Sequence record: SRR20825010_1457
Strand: one strand, 5' to 3'
Length of the DNA stretch: 45,186 nucleotides
Shown here: one piece after another, positions 29,598 to 39,033 of the stretch
Numbering within the stretch: position 1 is the stretch's first letter
How the letters are laid out: every line of letters starts with the position of its first letter
Notes under the pieces: model-generated
Databases searched by the model: none
What the model was told of the DNA's origin: nothing
What the model saw: only the letters and a program-made list of their open reading frames with translations
Translations under genes and position numbers: made by a program

Positions 29598-31025
29598 ATG
29601 ATCGAGTTTGGAAGTATAATTAATGGAAAGCAGGTTACAAGTGGGGAATGGATAGATATTTATAACCCATACACCAAAAAGCAGGTGGGCAGGGTAGCTT
29701 CCTTGGATACAAAAACCTTGGATAAGGTGTTGACTGATACCAAGAACACTAAAATTAACCTTACCCGTTATGAACGGTACGATATACTGAATAAAATTGC
29801 AAATGCTTTGGAAGAGCGGGTTGATGAGGTAAGTAAAATGATTACCGATGAGACCGGACTTTGTTTAAAGGATACCCGTTATGAAGCCAGTAGAGTTTCG
29901 GATGTGCTGCGATTTTCTGCCATGAAGGCTTTGGATGATGACTCCCAGGTATTTCCCTGTGATGTTTCAAAAAATGGTAAACCAAGAAGGATATACACCA
30001 CTCGTGTTCCCTTGGGACTCATTAGTTGTATAACGCCTTTCAACCATCCTATGAACCAAGTGGTTCACAAAATAGCCCCGGCAATTGCCACCAACAATAC
30101 TGTGGTCTTGAAACCATCTGAGAAAACTCCCTTATCGGCTTATTATTTTGCACAATTGGCCTTGGACTGTGGTCTGCCACCCAATATGTTGAACGTAATA
30201 AATGGTGCAGATGTGCAGGCTACGGCAGAGATGATGACCATACATCCAGAAATTACCATGGTATCCTTTACAGGGGGTAGTAAGGTTGGGAAAATAATAG
30301 CCTCCAAAGCAGGATATAAAAAATTGGTTTTGGAGTTGGGAGGTAGTTCCGCATTGTTGGTGCTTGAAGATGCCGATATAGATGAGGCGGTGGAGGTTAC
30401 CATGTCCGGAACCTTCAAAAATTCCGCCCAGCGTTGTACCGCTATTAGAAGAATTTTGGTGCATGAGAGTATAGCGGATGATTATGCCTCTAAATTAACT
30501 GCTCGGGTTGAAGCTTTAAAATATGGGGATCCATATGATGCTGAAAATGATATGGGTACTGTTATTACCGAGGAATCCGCCAAGGAAATGGAATTGCGTG
30601 TCCAAGATGCCATAGACAATGGGGCGGTGCTCTTGGCAGGACATAAGCGTGATGGAGCCCTGTATGCCCCTACCGTTTTGGACCATGTGCAAAATGCCCA
30701 TGAAGTTGTGGCCAAGGAGACCTTTGGGCCTGTTGCGCCAATAATCCGCTTTAAAACTTTGGACGAGGCCATCGATATTGCCAACGACACCCCTTACGGC
30801 CTGTCTGGCGGAGTAGTAAGTAATCACTGGCCATCCATTCAAAGGGTTATTACCGAATTGGATACCGGTACCGTAAACGTAAACGAAGCACCAAGTTACC
30901 GATTGGAATGGACACCCTTTGGAGGGGTGAAAGATTCAGGCTTGGGGTACAAGGAAGGGGTTATCGAGACCATGAAAGGGTATACCTATGTCAAGACCTA
31001 TTCCCTGCCGTGGGATATAGCCTAA
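29598..31025 (+). CDS. phnY: Phosphonoacetaldehyde dehydrogenase
   Basis: ALDH motifs ITPFNHP.NQV.HKIAPAIATNN, LELGG, KNSAQRCTA, ETFGP, KDSGLGYKEGV, YSLPW; between phnA and phnW. Confidence 0.92.
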   Translation: MIEFGSIINGKQVTSGEWIDIYNPYTKKQVGRVASLDTKTLDKVLTDTKNTKINLTRYERYDILNKIANALEERVDEVSKMITDETGLCLKDTRYEASRVSDVLRFSAMKALDDDSQVFPCDVSKNGKPRRIYTTRVPLGLISCITPFNHPMNQVVHKIAPAIATNNTVVLKPSEKTPLSAYYFAQLALDCGLPPNMLNVINGADVQATAEMMTIHPEITMVSFTGGSKVGKIIASKAGYKKLVLELGGSSALLVLEDADIDEAVEVTMSGTFKNSAQRCTAIRRILVHESIADDYASKLTARVEALKYGDPYDAENDMGTVITEESAKEMELRVQDAIDNGAVLLAGHKRDGALYAPTVLDHVQNAHEVVAKETFGPVAPIIRFKTLDEAIDIANDTPYGLSGGVVSNHWPSIQRVITELDTGTVNVNEAPSYRLEWTPFGGVKDSGLGYKEGVIETMKGYTYVKTYSLPWDIA

Positions 31026-31088
31026 TGTAAGTATCTATAATTTTTAATAAAATTTAAGTAATTCAAAAATCTTAATCGAAAATACGAA

Positions 31089-32201
31089 ATGCAAATAAAA
31101 AGAAATGTGTTGCTCAATCCTGGTCCGGCAACTACCACTGATTCCGTAAAATTGGCACAAGTCGTTACCGATATTTGTCCAAGGGAAAAGGAATTTGGAG
31201 ACCTAATGGAATACTGTGCCACTGAGATTACCAAATTTGTGGGAGACCCTAAGGAATATGCCACTGTTTTGTTCGGGGGTTCAGGAACGGCCACCGTAGA
31301 GGCTATCTTGAGTTCCGTTGTACCCGAAAACGGACGCATTCTTATAATAGATAATGGTGCTTATGGCAAGCGCATGTGCCAGATAACCAAAATTTATAAA
31401 TTGGATACGGTAGTTTTTGAATCGTCGTCCATAGAGCCAATTGATCTAAAAGCTCTTGAAGAGGTAATAAAAGGAGAAAAGGGATTAACGCACTTGGCCA
31501 TGATACATCATGAAACCACTACAGGTTTGTTAAATGATATTTCTGCCGTAGGGAAATTATGTGCCAACTATGATATCAGTTTTATAGTGGACTCCATGAG
31601 CGGTTTTGCTGCTATTCCAGTAGATATGAAGACCATGAATATTGATTATTTGGCAGCCAGTTCCAATAAAAACATTCAAGGAATGGCGGGAATTGGTTTT
31701 GCCATATGTAATAAGAAAGCATTGTTGGCAACAGAATCCATTCCCATGCGGAACCTCTATTTAAACTTATATGCACAGTATGCCTATTTTGAAAAAACAC
31801 ATCAAACCAGGTTTACTCCCCCAGTACAAACCTTCTATGCATTAAAGCAGGCCATTATAGAGACCAAAGAAGAAACCATTGTAAAGCGTTATGACAGATA
31901 TGCCAAGTCATGGGAAACATTACTAAGCGGGATAGAGGAAATGGGATTGGAATATTTAATAGATAGGGAACATCACTCTAAAATTATAACCTCTATCATT
32001 GAGCCCAAGAATGATAAATATGATTTTGATGAAATGCACGATTATTTCTTTGAAAGAGGGTTTACCATATACCCGGGGAAGGTAAATAACTATGATACGT
32101 TCAGGATTTCTAATATTGGACAGATCGATTATAAGGATATGGAAGACTTTCTAAAAGTATTGAAGGAATACCTTGTTCAAATAGGGTTTTTGGAAGATTG
32201 A
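31089..32201 (+). CDS. phnW: 2-aminoethylphosphonate--pyruvate transaminase
   Basis: LLNPGPATT, GSGT, NGAYGKRM, HHETTTGLLN, VDSMS, SSNKNIQG (PLP Lys), RFTPPVQ, IYPGK, FRISNIG. Confidence 0.93.
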   Translation: MQIKRNVLLNPGPATTTDSVKLAQVVTDICPREKEFGDLMEYCATEITKFVGDPKEYATVLFGGSGTATVEAILSSVVPENGRILIIDNGAYGKRMCQITKIYKLDTVVFESSSIEPIDLKALEEVIKGEKGLTHLAMIHHETTTGLLNDISAVGKLCANYDISFIVDSMSGFAAIPVDMKTMNIDYLAASSNKNIQGMAGIGFAICNKKALLATESIPMRNLYLNLYAQYAYFEKTHQTRFTPPVQTFYALKQAIIETKEETIVKRYDRYAKSWETLLSGIEEMGLEYLIDREHHSKIITSIIEPKNDKYDFDEMHDYFFERGFTIYPGKVNNYDTFRISNIGQIDYKDMEDFLKVLKEYLVQIGFLED

Positions 32202-32306
32202 TTTGTAGCGAACAGCAGACAAGGCCCTAATAGCGAAAGTTGCTTTTTGTTTTTAATCTAAATGCAGTGGTAACTGAATAAATGTTCCACAATATCAATT
32301 AAATGC

Positions 32307-32334
32307 CGCCACCTGTTCAGAATTACAGGTGGTG
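32307..32334 (+). terminator. Stem-loop between phnW and the first MFS gene
   Basis: CGCCACCTGT-N8-ACAGGTGGTG, short T run shortly after. Confidence 0.5.
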
Positions 32335-32404
32335 CGCACTTTCTAACCATTTTTTTAGTCATGTAATCTCAAATTTTAAGTAATATAAATAACCAATACC
32401 AAAC

Positions 32405-33667
32405 ATGAGTTTAACCGTAGATCAAAAATATTGGAGGAAGAGAATATTTGTTCTTACTTGGCTCGCCTATGCGGGCTTTTATTTTGGAAGGAAGAACTTA
32501 TCGGTTACATGGAGTTCCATGGAGCAGGATTTGGGACTCGACAATTCTGACTACGCTTCCATCATTTTTGTATATAGTTTGATATATACCATTGGGCAAT
32601 TTGTTAATGGGTACCTGTCCGATACTTTTGGACCCAGAAAGGTGGTTACGGTTGGGTTGTTACTAGCCGCAATTGGAAACTTATTTCTTGGAATGACATT
32701 TTCAGCTGGCGTAATTGTTTTTCTTATAGCGGTTAATGGCTATGGGCAATCTACGGGTTGGAGCGGATTAATTAAGAATATGACCCCTTGGTTCAGAAGA
32801 ACGGAGCGAGGTATAGTTATGTCATGGTGGTCTACCTGTTACGTTACCGGGGGCTTTCTGGCTACCATATTTGCTACCTATGCGGCTTTTGATATGGAGT
32901 TCCTTTCAGAGCTTGGTTGGAAAAGGGGTTTCATATTTCCGTCGGCGATTCTTTTTGTTATTGCCATCTTATACCTTCTGTTTACCAGAAACAATCCTGA
33001 AGATGTTGGCCTGCCCAAAATCGTTGAAAACAAGTACGAATTTGAAGGAGGGGCCAAGGCAGAGAAGCTTAAAATATTGGGTCTGTTACTGAGGAATAGT
33101 TCCCTATGGATCTATTCCAGCTGCTATATGATCCTAAAGATGACCAGATATGCCTTTCTTTTTTGGTTGCCTGTCTATTTGGAGAAAGCGCTGCACTATG
33201 ATGTCAGCGATGCAGGTTATATGTCTTCGGTATATGAGCTTATAGGTTTTTTTGGTGTCATCCTAGCGGGTTACAGTTCGGATAAGATCTTTAAATCCAA
33301 TCGATTTAGCACCGTTGCCATAATGATGATCGGATTGGGTCTTGCCTGCCTAGCCCACCCCTATATGGTTCCTTATGGAAAAATAGCTACAATAATCAGT
33401 ATAGCCCTTATAGGGATAGCCACTTATGGGCCGGATTCACTTATCTGTACAGCCGGCTCCATGGATGTTGGGGGTACCAAGGGAGCGGCAATGGCTGCTG
33501 GCATTATTAATGGGATGGGGTCTATTGGGCAAATGTTTTCAGGTTTTATTGTAGTAGCCATCAATGAGTATTACGGCTGGGACAATCTATTTTACTTTTT
33601 TGTTGTCATGTCGTTCATTGGAGGAGGATTAGCGGCCATAAAGTGGAACCTTCAAAGTACGGATTAA
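32405..33667 (+). CDS. MFS transporter, organophosphate:Pi antiporter (GlpT/UhpT-like), copy A
   Basis: FYFGRKN (GlpT R45/K46-like), GYLSD.FGPRK, QSTGW, ERG, KMTRY (R269-like), YGPDS. Confidence 0.9.
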   Translation: MSLTVDQKYWRKRIFVLTWLAYAGFYFGRKNLSVTWSSMEQDLGLDNSDYASIIFVYSLIYTIGQFVNGYLSDTFGPRKVVTVGLLLAAIGNLFLGMTFSAGVIVFLIAVNGYGQSTGWSGLIKNMTPWFRRTERGIVMSWWSTCYVTGGFLATIFATYAAFDMEFLSELGWKRGFIFPSAILFVIAILYLLFTRNNPEDVGLPKIVENKYEFEGGAKAEKLKILGLLLRNSSLWIYSSCYMILKMTRYAFLFWLPVYLEKALHYDVSDAGYMSSVYELIGFFGVILAGYSSDKIFKSNRFSTVAIMMIGLGLACLAHPYMVPYGKIATIISIALIGIATYGPDSLICTAGSMDVGGTKGAAMAAGIINGMGSIGQMFSGFIVVAINEYYGWDNLFYFFVVMSFIGGGLAAIKWNLQSTD

Positions 33668-33770
33668 CCGTTGTAAGTTGTTAAATGGAACCAGAAGAAT
33701 TGCCTTTTTAAACGAGTTATATCTAAAGCGTCGATTTTATGTGTTTGAATCTTATTCTTTATCAAATTCA

Positions 33771-34022
33771 ATGACTGGAGAGAACTACATTCAGGCTAGG
33801 TTCCCGGTTTTTAAGGATACTTGGAAATTTTTTATGTTTATAGAAAAGGATTTTTCTTTAGGCTTAAATGCTGGCCAAGTACTGGCCGTGATATTATCAT
33901 CCATAATTAGAGTGTTTGGCAACCTTGCGGGGCAGTTTTTTAATTTTTGGAATCCTGCGGAGTTGGGGTCTGAGCCTAAAAATCACATTGCGTTCAGGGT
34001 CTCATTAAATTTTCAAAACTAA
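33771..34022 (+). pseudogene. Internally deleted remnant of the Zn alcohol dehydrogenase at 35608-36687
   Basis: First 46 aa align ungapped to the ADH N-terminus (17/46 identical, hand count), last 35 aa to the ADH C-terminus (12/35); both end TAA immediately followed by an MFS ATG. Confidence 0.85.
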
Positions 34023-35267
34023 ATGGATTCCGGGACCAACTATAGTTCGCAATTTCGAAAATACCAATGGAAAATGCTCTTTGCGGCAATGTTCTGTTAC
34101 CTCTTCTATTACACGGGTAGACAGAATTTTGGATGGGCCATTCAAGGTATGGCACTCGAATTCAATGTTACCAAACAGCAAATAGGTTGGGCCGGTGCGG
34201 CATTGCTTTGGGCCTATGGAATAGGACAGTTTATCAATGGCAATTTGGCCGATAAGTATGGTGCACGGAGGATGATGGCAATTGGTGGCCTGTTTTCCGT
34301 TTTCTTGAACTGGGGGATAAGTTTTGCAACCGCCTATTGGATGATTGTGATTTTTTGGGCTTTTAACGGTTTTGCCCAATCTCTGGGCTGGGCACCTGGG
34401 AGCCGCTTAATTGCTAACTGGTGGGGAGTTAAGGAAAGAGGCAAGGCTTTTGGATTTTATGTTTTTGCCGCTGGATGTTCTTCGATCCTAATTTATCTAT
34501 TGTCCATAATTATCCTACATGTATATGAACTGGATTGGCAATGGCTTTTTAGATTACCGGTATTATTACTTCTTTTAGGCTGTATCATTTTCTATTTTGT
34601 AGCCAGGGATAAACCGGAGGACGCAGGATTCGATCCCTTAAAGGAGGATACTGAATCCGTTGGTCCCCAAGTCATGGAAAGATCTATAGATCGCTACAAA
34701 AATGTTTTGAGGAACAAGAAGTTTATTTTGGCATGTATCTCCATTGGTTTTCAAAATATGGCCCGTTATGGACTTCTCGTGTGGGTGCCGCTGTATTATT
34801 TGGGCAGCAAATTACAGGATTCCTCAAGTTTGTGGATTGCCTTAGCGCTGCCGGTGGGAATGGCCTTGGGGGCGATTTTCTTTGGGCAACTATCCGATAG
34901 GGTCTTTAGATCAAATCGATCAAAACCTATAGCTTTATCTATGGGTTTGGCAGGCCTGGTGATTTTAATACTATATCTGGTTCCAAAGGAAAATATACTG
35001 GGTGGATTGATTCTATTGTTTGCAGCAGGATTTTTGGTGTACGGTCCGCGATCCTGTTTTTGGCCCTTAAGCCCGGATTTATTGGGTGTTAAAAGGTCTG
35101 GCACAGGAGTAGGGGTTATGAACGCTTTTGCCTCGGTTTTTGCAGGTGCAGGGGAGCCATTTATAGGGTATATGGTAGACGCAACTAGCCAACAAAATAT
35201 AGTTTTTGTGGTAATTGCGGTGATGTGTTTTTGTAGCGCTATGATAATATTATTTGTGAGGCATTGA
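34023..35267 (+). CDS. MFS transporter, GlpT/UhpT-like, copy B
   Basis: YYTGRQNF, GNLADKYGARR, NMARYG, YGPRS; about 80% identical (hand count) to 36688-37932. Confidence 0.9.
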   Translation: MDSGTNYSSQFRKYQWKMLFAAMFCYLFYYTGRQNFGWAIQGMALEFNVTKQQIGWAGAALLWAYGIGQFINGNLADKYGARRMMAIGGLFSVFLNWGISFATAYWMIVIFWAFNGFAQSLGWAPGSRLIANWWGVKERGKAFGFYVFAAGCSSILIYLLSIIILHVYELDWQWLFRLPVLLLLLGCIIFYFVARDKPEDAGFDPLKEDTESVGPQVMERSIDRYKNVLRNKKFILACISIGFQNMARYGLLVWVPLYYLGSKLQDSSSLWIALALPVGMALGAIFFGQLSDRVFRSNRSKPIALSMGLAGLVILILYLVPKENILGGLILLFAAGFLVYGPRSCFWPLSPDLLGVKRSGTGVGVMNAFASVFAGAGEPFIGYMVDATSQQNIVFVVIAVMCFCSAMIILFVRH

Positions 35268-35527
35268 ATCTAATTTTGGGTCAAGAGCTTTTGGATTTTT
35301 TGATGATAGTCAATGAGTTTTAATTTCAAAAAGGAAATATAGTACAATGGAAAAGGACAGATTTGTATTGGTGACATAATGTAATTTAAGCGACTGGAAA
35401 ATCTAAGCTCTCAATAATTCAATGGTTTATTTTTTTACCATTTAATAATATATGGGATTAGGCCAATACTGGGCAATTGGCTTTATTGTGTTCCTAATAA
35501 CGAGAATGTTTGAAATTGATAATTGAC

Positions 35528-35589
35528 AAAATGATCATTTTAAAAATTTATAATAACAACATTGCTGACGCATATGATAATATCATATG
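35528..35589. promoter_or_regulatory. Two perfect palindromes upstream of the alcohol dehydrogenase
   Basis: AAAATGATCATTTT (35528-35541) and CATATGATA-A-TATCATATG (35571-35589). Confidence 0.45.
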
Positions 35590-35607
35590 TAAAAATTGAT
35601 TCATCCA

Positions 35608-36687
35608 ATGCAGGAAGATAAGCTAATAAAAACTGAATTTCAGATTTTTGAGGAGGCCGGGAAGTCCTTTAAATACGAAGAAAAAGAAATCGAACTAAAC
35701 CTCAATTCCGGTGAAGTTTTGGTCAAGGTGCTTTTATCTACCATATGCGGCTCCGACCTACATACAATTGAAGGGAAAAGAAAAGAGGATGTACCGTGTA
35801 TTCTCGGTCATGAGGCAGTTGGTGAAATAATCCGGGTTAATGACAGGAAAGGTTTTGAAATTGGTGATAGAGTAACCTGGACCATTGCGGATAGTTGCGG
35901 TAAATGTGCTGCATGTACTGATTATGGACTGCCGGAAAAATGCCATGAACTTTTTAAGTATGGCCACGCTTCCATCAACAAGGGAAGTGGATTAAATGGC
36001 TGTTATTCCAACATCATCCATATTAGAGAGGGTACACATTTGGTGAAGGTTCCAGAGGTCGTCAGCAACCCTATGGCCGCACCCGCCAATTGCGCCCTTG
36101 CAACAATGGTAAATGCTGTGTCCCATTTAAAAAAAGTGCCCAAAAAAGTAGTAGTGCAGGGAGGGGGGCTTCTTGGGGTCTATGCCTGTGCACTTTTAAA
36201 GGAAAAGGGCGTTGACGAGATATATTGTTTGGATATCAATTTGGGTCGATTTGAGATTATAGGAAAATTTGGAGCAGTACCTGTCGATGGCCGGGATATG
36301 CAAAAGGCAACTTCATTTTTATTGGACAGGCTTGGAGATGGGGCGGATGCCATTTTTGAGGTTGCAGGAGTTAAGGAATTGATTCCTCAAGGAATATGTT
36401 TGTTAAGACCAGGTGGGGAATATATCTTGGTAGGGTTGGTACATCCAGATTCCGAATTGAAGGTCACGGCCGAACAAATTATTAGAAAATGTCTCGCCGT
36501 AAAGGGTGTTCACAATTATGCCCCTTGGCATTTGGAAGAAGCTATTGACTTTTTGGAACGAAACCATAGCAACTTTCCTTTTGATGAACTTGTGAGTCCG
36601 CCCTTTAACTTGGAAAATATGGAAGAGGCCGTAATGGAGGCAAAAAAACAACATTGGTTTAGGGTCTCGGTTAAACCAAAATCATAA
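35608..36687 (+). CDS. Zinc-dependent (MDR) alcohol dehydrogenase, phosphonate catabolism-associated
   Basis: ICGSDLH, GHE, structural Zn C..C..C.......C (CGKCAAC...EKC), NCALAT, GGGLLG, KGVHNY; ATG 35608 supported by alignment with the remnant copy. Confidence 0.9.
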   Translation: MQEDKLIKTEFQIFEEAGKSFKYEEKEIELNLNSGEVLVKVLLSTICGSDLHTIEGKRKEDVPCILGHEAVGEIIRVNDRKGFEIGDRVTWTIADSCGKCAACTDYGLPEKCHELFKYGHASINKGSGLNGCYSNIIHIREGTHLVKVPEVVSNPMAAPANCALATMVNAVSHLKKVPKKVVVQGGGLLGVYACALLKEKGVDEIYCLDINLGRFEIIGKFGAVPVDGRDMQKATSFLLDRLGDGADAIFEVAGVKELIPQGICLLRPGGEYILVGLVHPDSELKVTAEQIIRKCLAVKGVHNYAPWHLEEAIDFLERNHSNFPFDELVSPPFNLENMEEAVMEAKKQHWFRVSVKPKS

Positions 36688-37932
36688 ATGAATCCTATAG
36701 AAAATACAAATCAAAATTTTCGAAGGTACCAATGGAAAATGTTGTTTGCAGTTATGTTCTGCTACCTATTTTACTATACCGGCAGACAGAATTTCGGTTG
36801 GGCAATTCAAGGTATAGCCCTAGAATTTAATGTAGCAAAACAATATATTGGCTGGGCCGGTGCCGCCATGCTTTGGGCTTATGGAATAGGACAATTTATT
36901 AACGGTAATTTGGCGGATAAGTTTGGCGCACGCCGGATGATGGTGATTGGAGGCGTTCTTTCGGTACTTATGAACTGGGCTACAAGTTTTGCAACCGCCT
37001 ATTGGATGATCGTAGTATTCTGGGCCTTGAATGGCTTTTCACAATCATTGGGCTGGGCTCCAGGGAGCCGCATGGTAGCCAATTGGTGGGGTGGGAAGGA
37101 GAGAGGAAAAGCTTTTGGTTTTTACGTGTTTGCAGCTGGGTGCTCCTCGGTACTCATTTATTTGTTGTCCATAATAATGTTGGACATTTATGAAGTGGAT
37201 TGGCGGTGGCTTTTTAGATTGCCTGTATTGTTACTTCTTTTGGGCTGCGGTGTTTTTTATTTCTTGGTTAGGGATAAACCGGAAGATGTTGGCTTTAAAC
37301 CCGTTAAGGATGACATGGCGTTTGTTTTGCCCAAAGAAAATGAAAGCTCTTTGGAACGGTACAAAAAGGTTTTTTGTAACAAAAAATTCATATTTGCATG
37401 TATCTCAATTGGCTTTCAAAATATGGCAAGATATGGGCTTCTGGTTTGGGTGCCTCTTTATTATTTGGGAACAAAATTAAATGAAAACACCAATTTGTGG
37501 ATTGCTTTGGCCCTTCCAGTGGGGATGGCCTTGGGGACCATTTTTTTTGGACAATTATCGGATAGAGTCTTTAATTCCAATAGGTCCAAACCTATAGCGC
37601 TTTCAATGGGTTTGGCAGGTTTGGTCATTTTAATGGTTTATCTGGTGCCCAAAGAAAATTTACTTGGGGGCCTTGTGCTAATGTTTGCTGCCGGGTTTTT
37701 AGTATATGGCCCACAATCCTGTTATTGGCCCCTGAGTCCGGATTTGTTGGGAGTTAAAAGGTCGGGAACAGGAGTAGGGGTTATGAACACCTTTGCTTAT
37801 GCCTTTGCAGGGGCAGGTGAACCCTTTATAGGATATATGATAGATGTTACCGGAGAACAAAATATAGTTTTTGTGGTAACTGCGGTGATGTGTTTTTTTA
37901 GTGCTCTGATAATATTATTTGTGAGGCGCTGA
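36688..37932 (+). CDS. MFS transporter, GlpT/UhpT-like, copy C
   Basis: YYTGRQNF, NMARYG, YGPQS; abuts the ADH stop (TAAATG). Confidence 0.9.
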   Translation: MNPIENTNQNFRRYQWKMLFAVMFCYLFYYTGRQNFGWAIQGIALEFNVAKQYIGWAGAAMLWAYGIGQFINGNLADKFGARRMMVIGGVLSVLMNWATSFATAYWMIVVFWALNGFSQSLGWAPGSRMVANWWGGKERGKAFGFYVFAAGCSSVLIYLLSIIMLDIYEVDWRWLFRLPVLLLLLGCGVFYFLVRDKPEDVGFKPVKDDMAFVLPKENESSLERYKKVFCNKKFIFACISIGFQNMARYGLLVWVPLYYLGTKLNENTNLWIALALPVGMALGTIFFGQLSDRVFNSNRSKPIALSMGLAGLVILMVYLVPKENLLGGLVLMFAAGFLVYGPQSCYWPLSPDLLGVKRSGTGVGVMNTFAYAFAGAGEPFIGYMIDVTGEQNIVFVVTAVMCFFSALIILFVRR

Positions 37933-38004
37933 TACTAAAATTGTAATCTCCTATATCCATGTAGTCAATGAATAAATATCATTTTAGATTAAATAATATA
38001 GAAT

Positions 38005-38949
38005 ATGATTAGGAAGCGTAATTTGATCGTTTGTTGGAGTTTTATTTGGTTGTTGGGTAGTTGTAGTACTGCCAAAGAAGCCCCGGAAAATAGGGTTCAT
38101 ACGAAACGCGTTGTTGCTATTGGCTTGGACGGTATAAGTGTGGATGGCTATAAAACGGCAAAACACCCAAATATGGATTCGCTTATGGCAGACGGGGTGC
38201 TGTCCTTGACCACCAGAAATGTTATGCCCTCGGTGACCCTGCCCAATTGGACTTCCCACCTTACAGGAAGTGGTCCAGAACAGCATGGTGTATTAAGTAA
38301 TGGGTGGACAAAAGAAAGAGTGATTTTACCAAGTGTTGATAATGATGATGACGGGTATTATCCTTCCATTTTTAAAATATTGAAAGAAGCTATTCCAAAA
38401 GTTAAGACAGCCTTCTATTACAATTGGGCCGAATTGATCAATTCGTTCAACCCTCGCTATATCGATGAGGTAAGTTTTGAAGGGAATGATGAATACCAAA
38501 ATAATTATGGAAAGGCTTTCGATTTTATCGTTAATAACAAGTCGGATCCTACCATGGTATTTCTTTATTCGGTTCATACAGATCATGCTGGACACAATCA
38601 TGGTTGGATGTCCCCGGAATATATTGCGTCTATTGAAGAGGTAGATGTGCATATTGGGCAGTTTATAAGGAAACTTAAGGATGAAGGTCTTTACGAGGAT
38701 ACACATTTTATGTTCTTTACGGACCATGGCGGTGTACCCGAAAAAGGTCATGGGGGTATAACCCCTCAGGAATTGGAAGTGCCATGGGCCATAACTGGCC
38801 CTGGAATAAGAAAGGGGGAAATGCTAACGGAACCTAATAATTCTGTTAATACGGCTATGACCATAGCTTACCTTTTTGAGTGTGGGAATGTTCCGCTTTC
38901 ATGGACCGGGGAAGTGCCCATATCCATATTTGAAAGCCAGGCACCCTAG
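38005..38949 (+). CDS. Alkaline phosphatase superfamily (NPP/phosphodiesterase-like) lipoprotein
   Basis: Lipobox LGSC; IGLDG, PSVTLPNW (Thr nucleophile), DHAGH, TDHGG, HGG. Confidence 0.85.
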   Translation: MIRKRNLIVCWSFIWLLGSCSTAKEAPENRVHTKRVVAIGLDGISVDGYKTAKHPNMDSLMADGVLSLTTRNVMPSVTLPNWTSHLTGSGPEQHGVLSNGWTKERVILPSVDNDDDGYYPSIFKILKEAIPKVKTAFYYNWAELINSFNPRYIDEVSFEGNDEYQNNYGKAFDFIVNNKSDPTMVFLYSVHTDHAGHNHGWMSPEYIASIEEVDVHIGQFIRKLKDEGLYEDTHFMFFTDHGGVPEKGHGGITPQELEVPWAITGPGIRKGEMLTEPNNSVNTAMTIAYLFECGNVPLSWTGEVPISIFESQAP

Positions 38950-39033
38950 GCAAATCCATAAGAACAGTGTAATATTTTAAAGTGGGGTGCATTTAATTCA
39001 AGGCATAAAATAATTTAGAAAAAGAGATATTAA

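Noticed and set aside
28362-32201. Phosphonate biosynthesis cluster
   Set aside because: No PEP mutase or phosphonopyruvate decarboxylase; PhnA is catabolic. ppc is a carboxylase about 25 kb away and unrelated.
33678-33770. 5' extension making a 114-aa novel protein
   Set aside because: Homology to the ADH starts exactly at ATG 33771; the upstream TTG extension has no support.
35523-35554. E. coli-type TTGACA/TATAAT promoter, and a Fur box at 35574-35588
   Set aside because: Spacer is 20 nt and Bacteroidota use -33/-7 elements; the palindrome does not fit the 7-1-7 Fur geometry.
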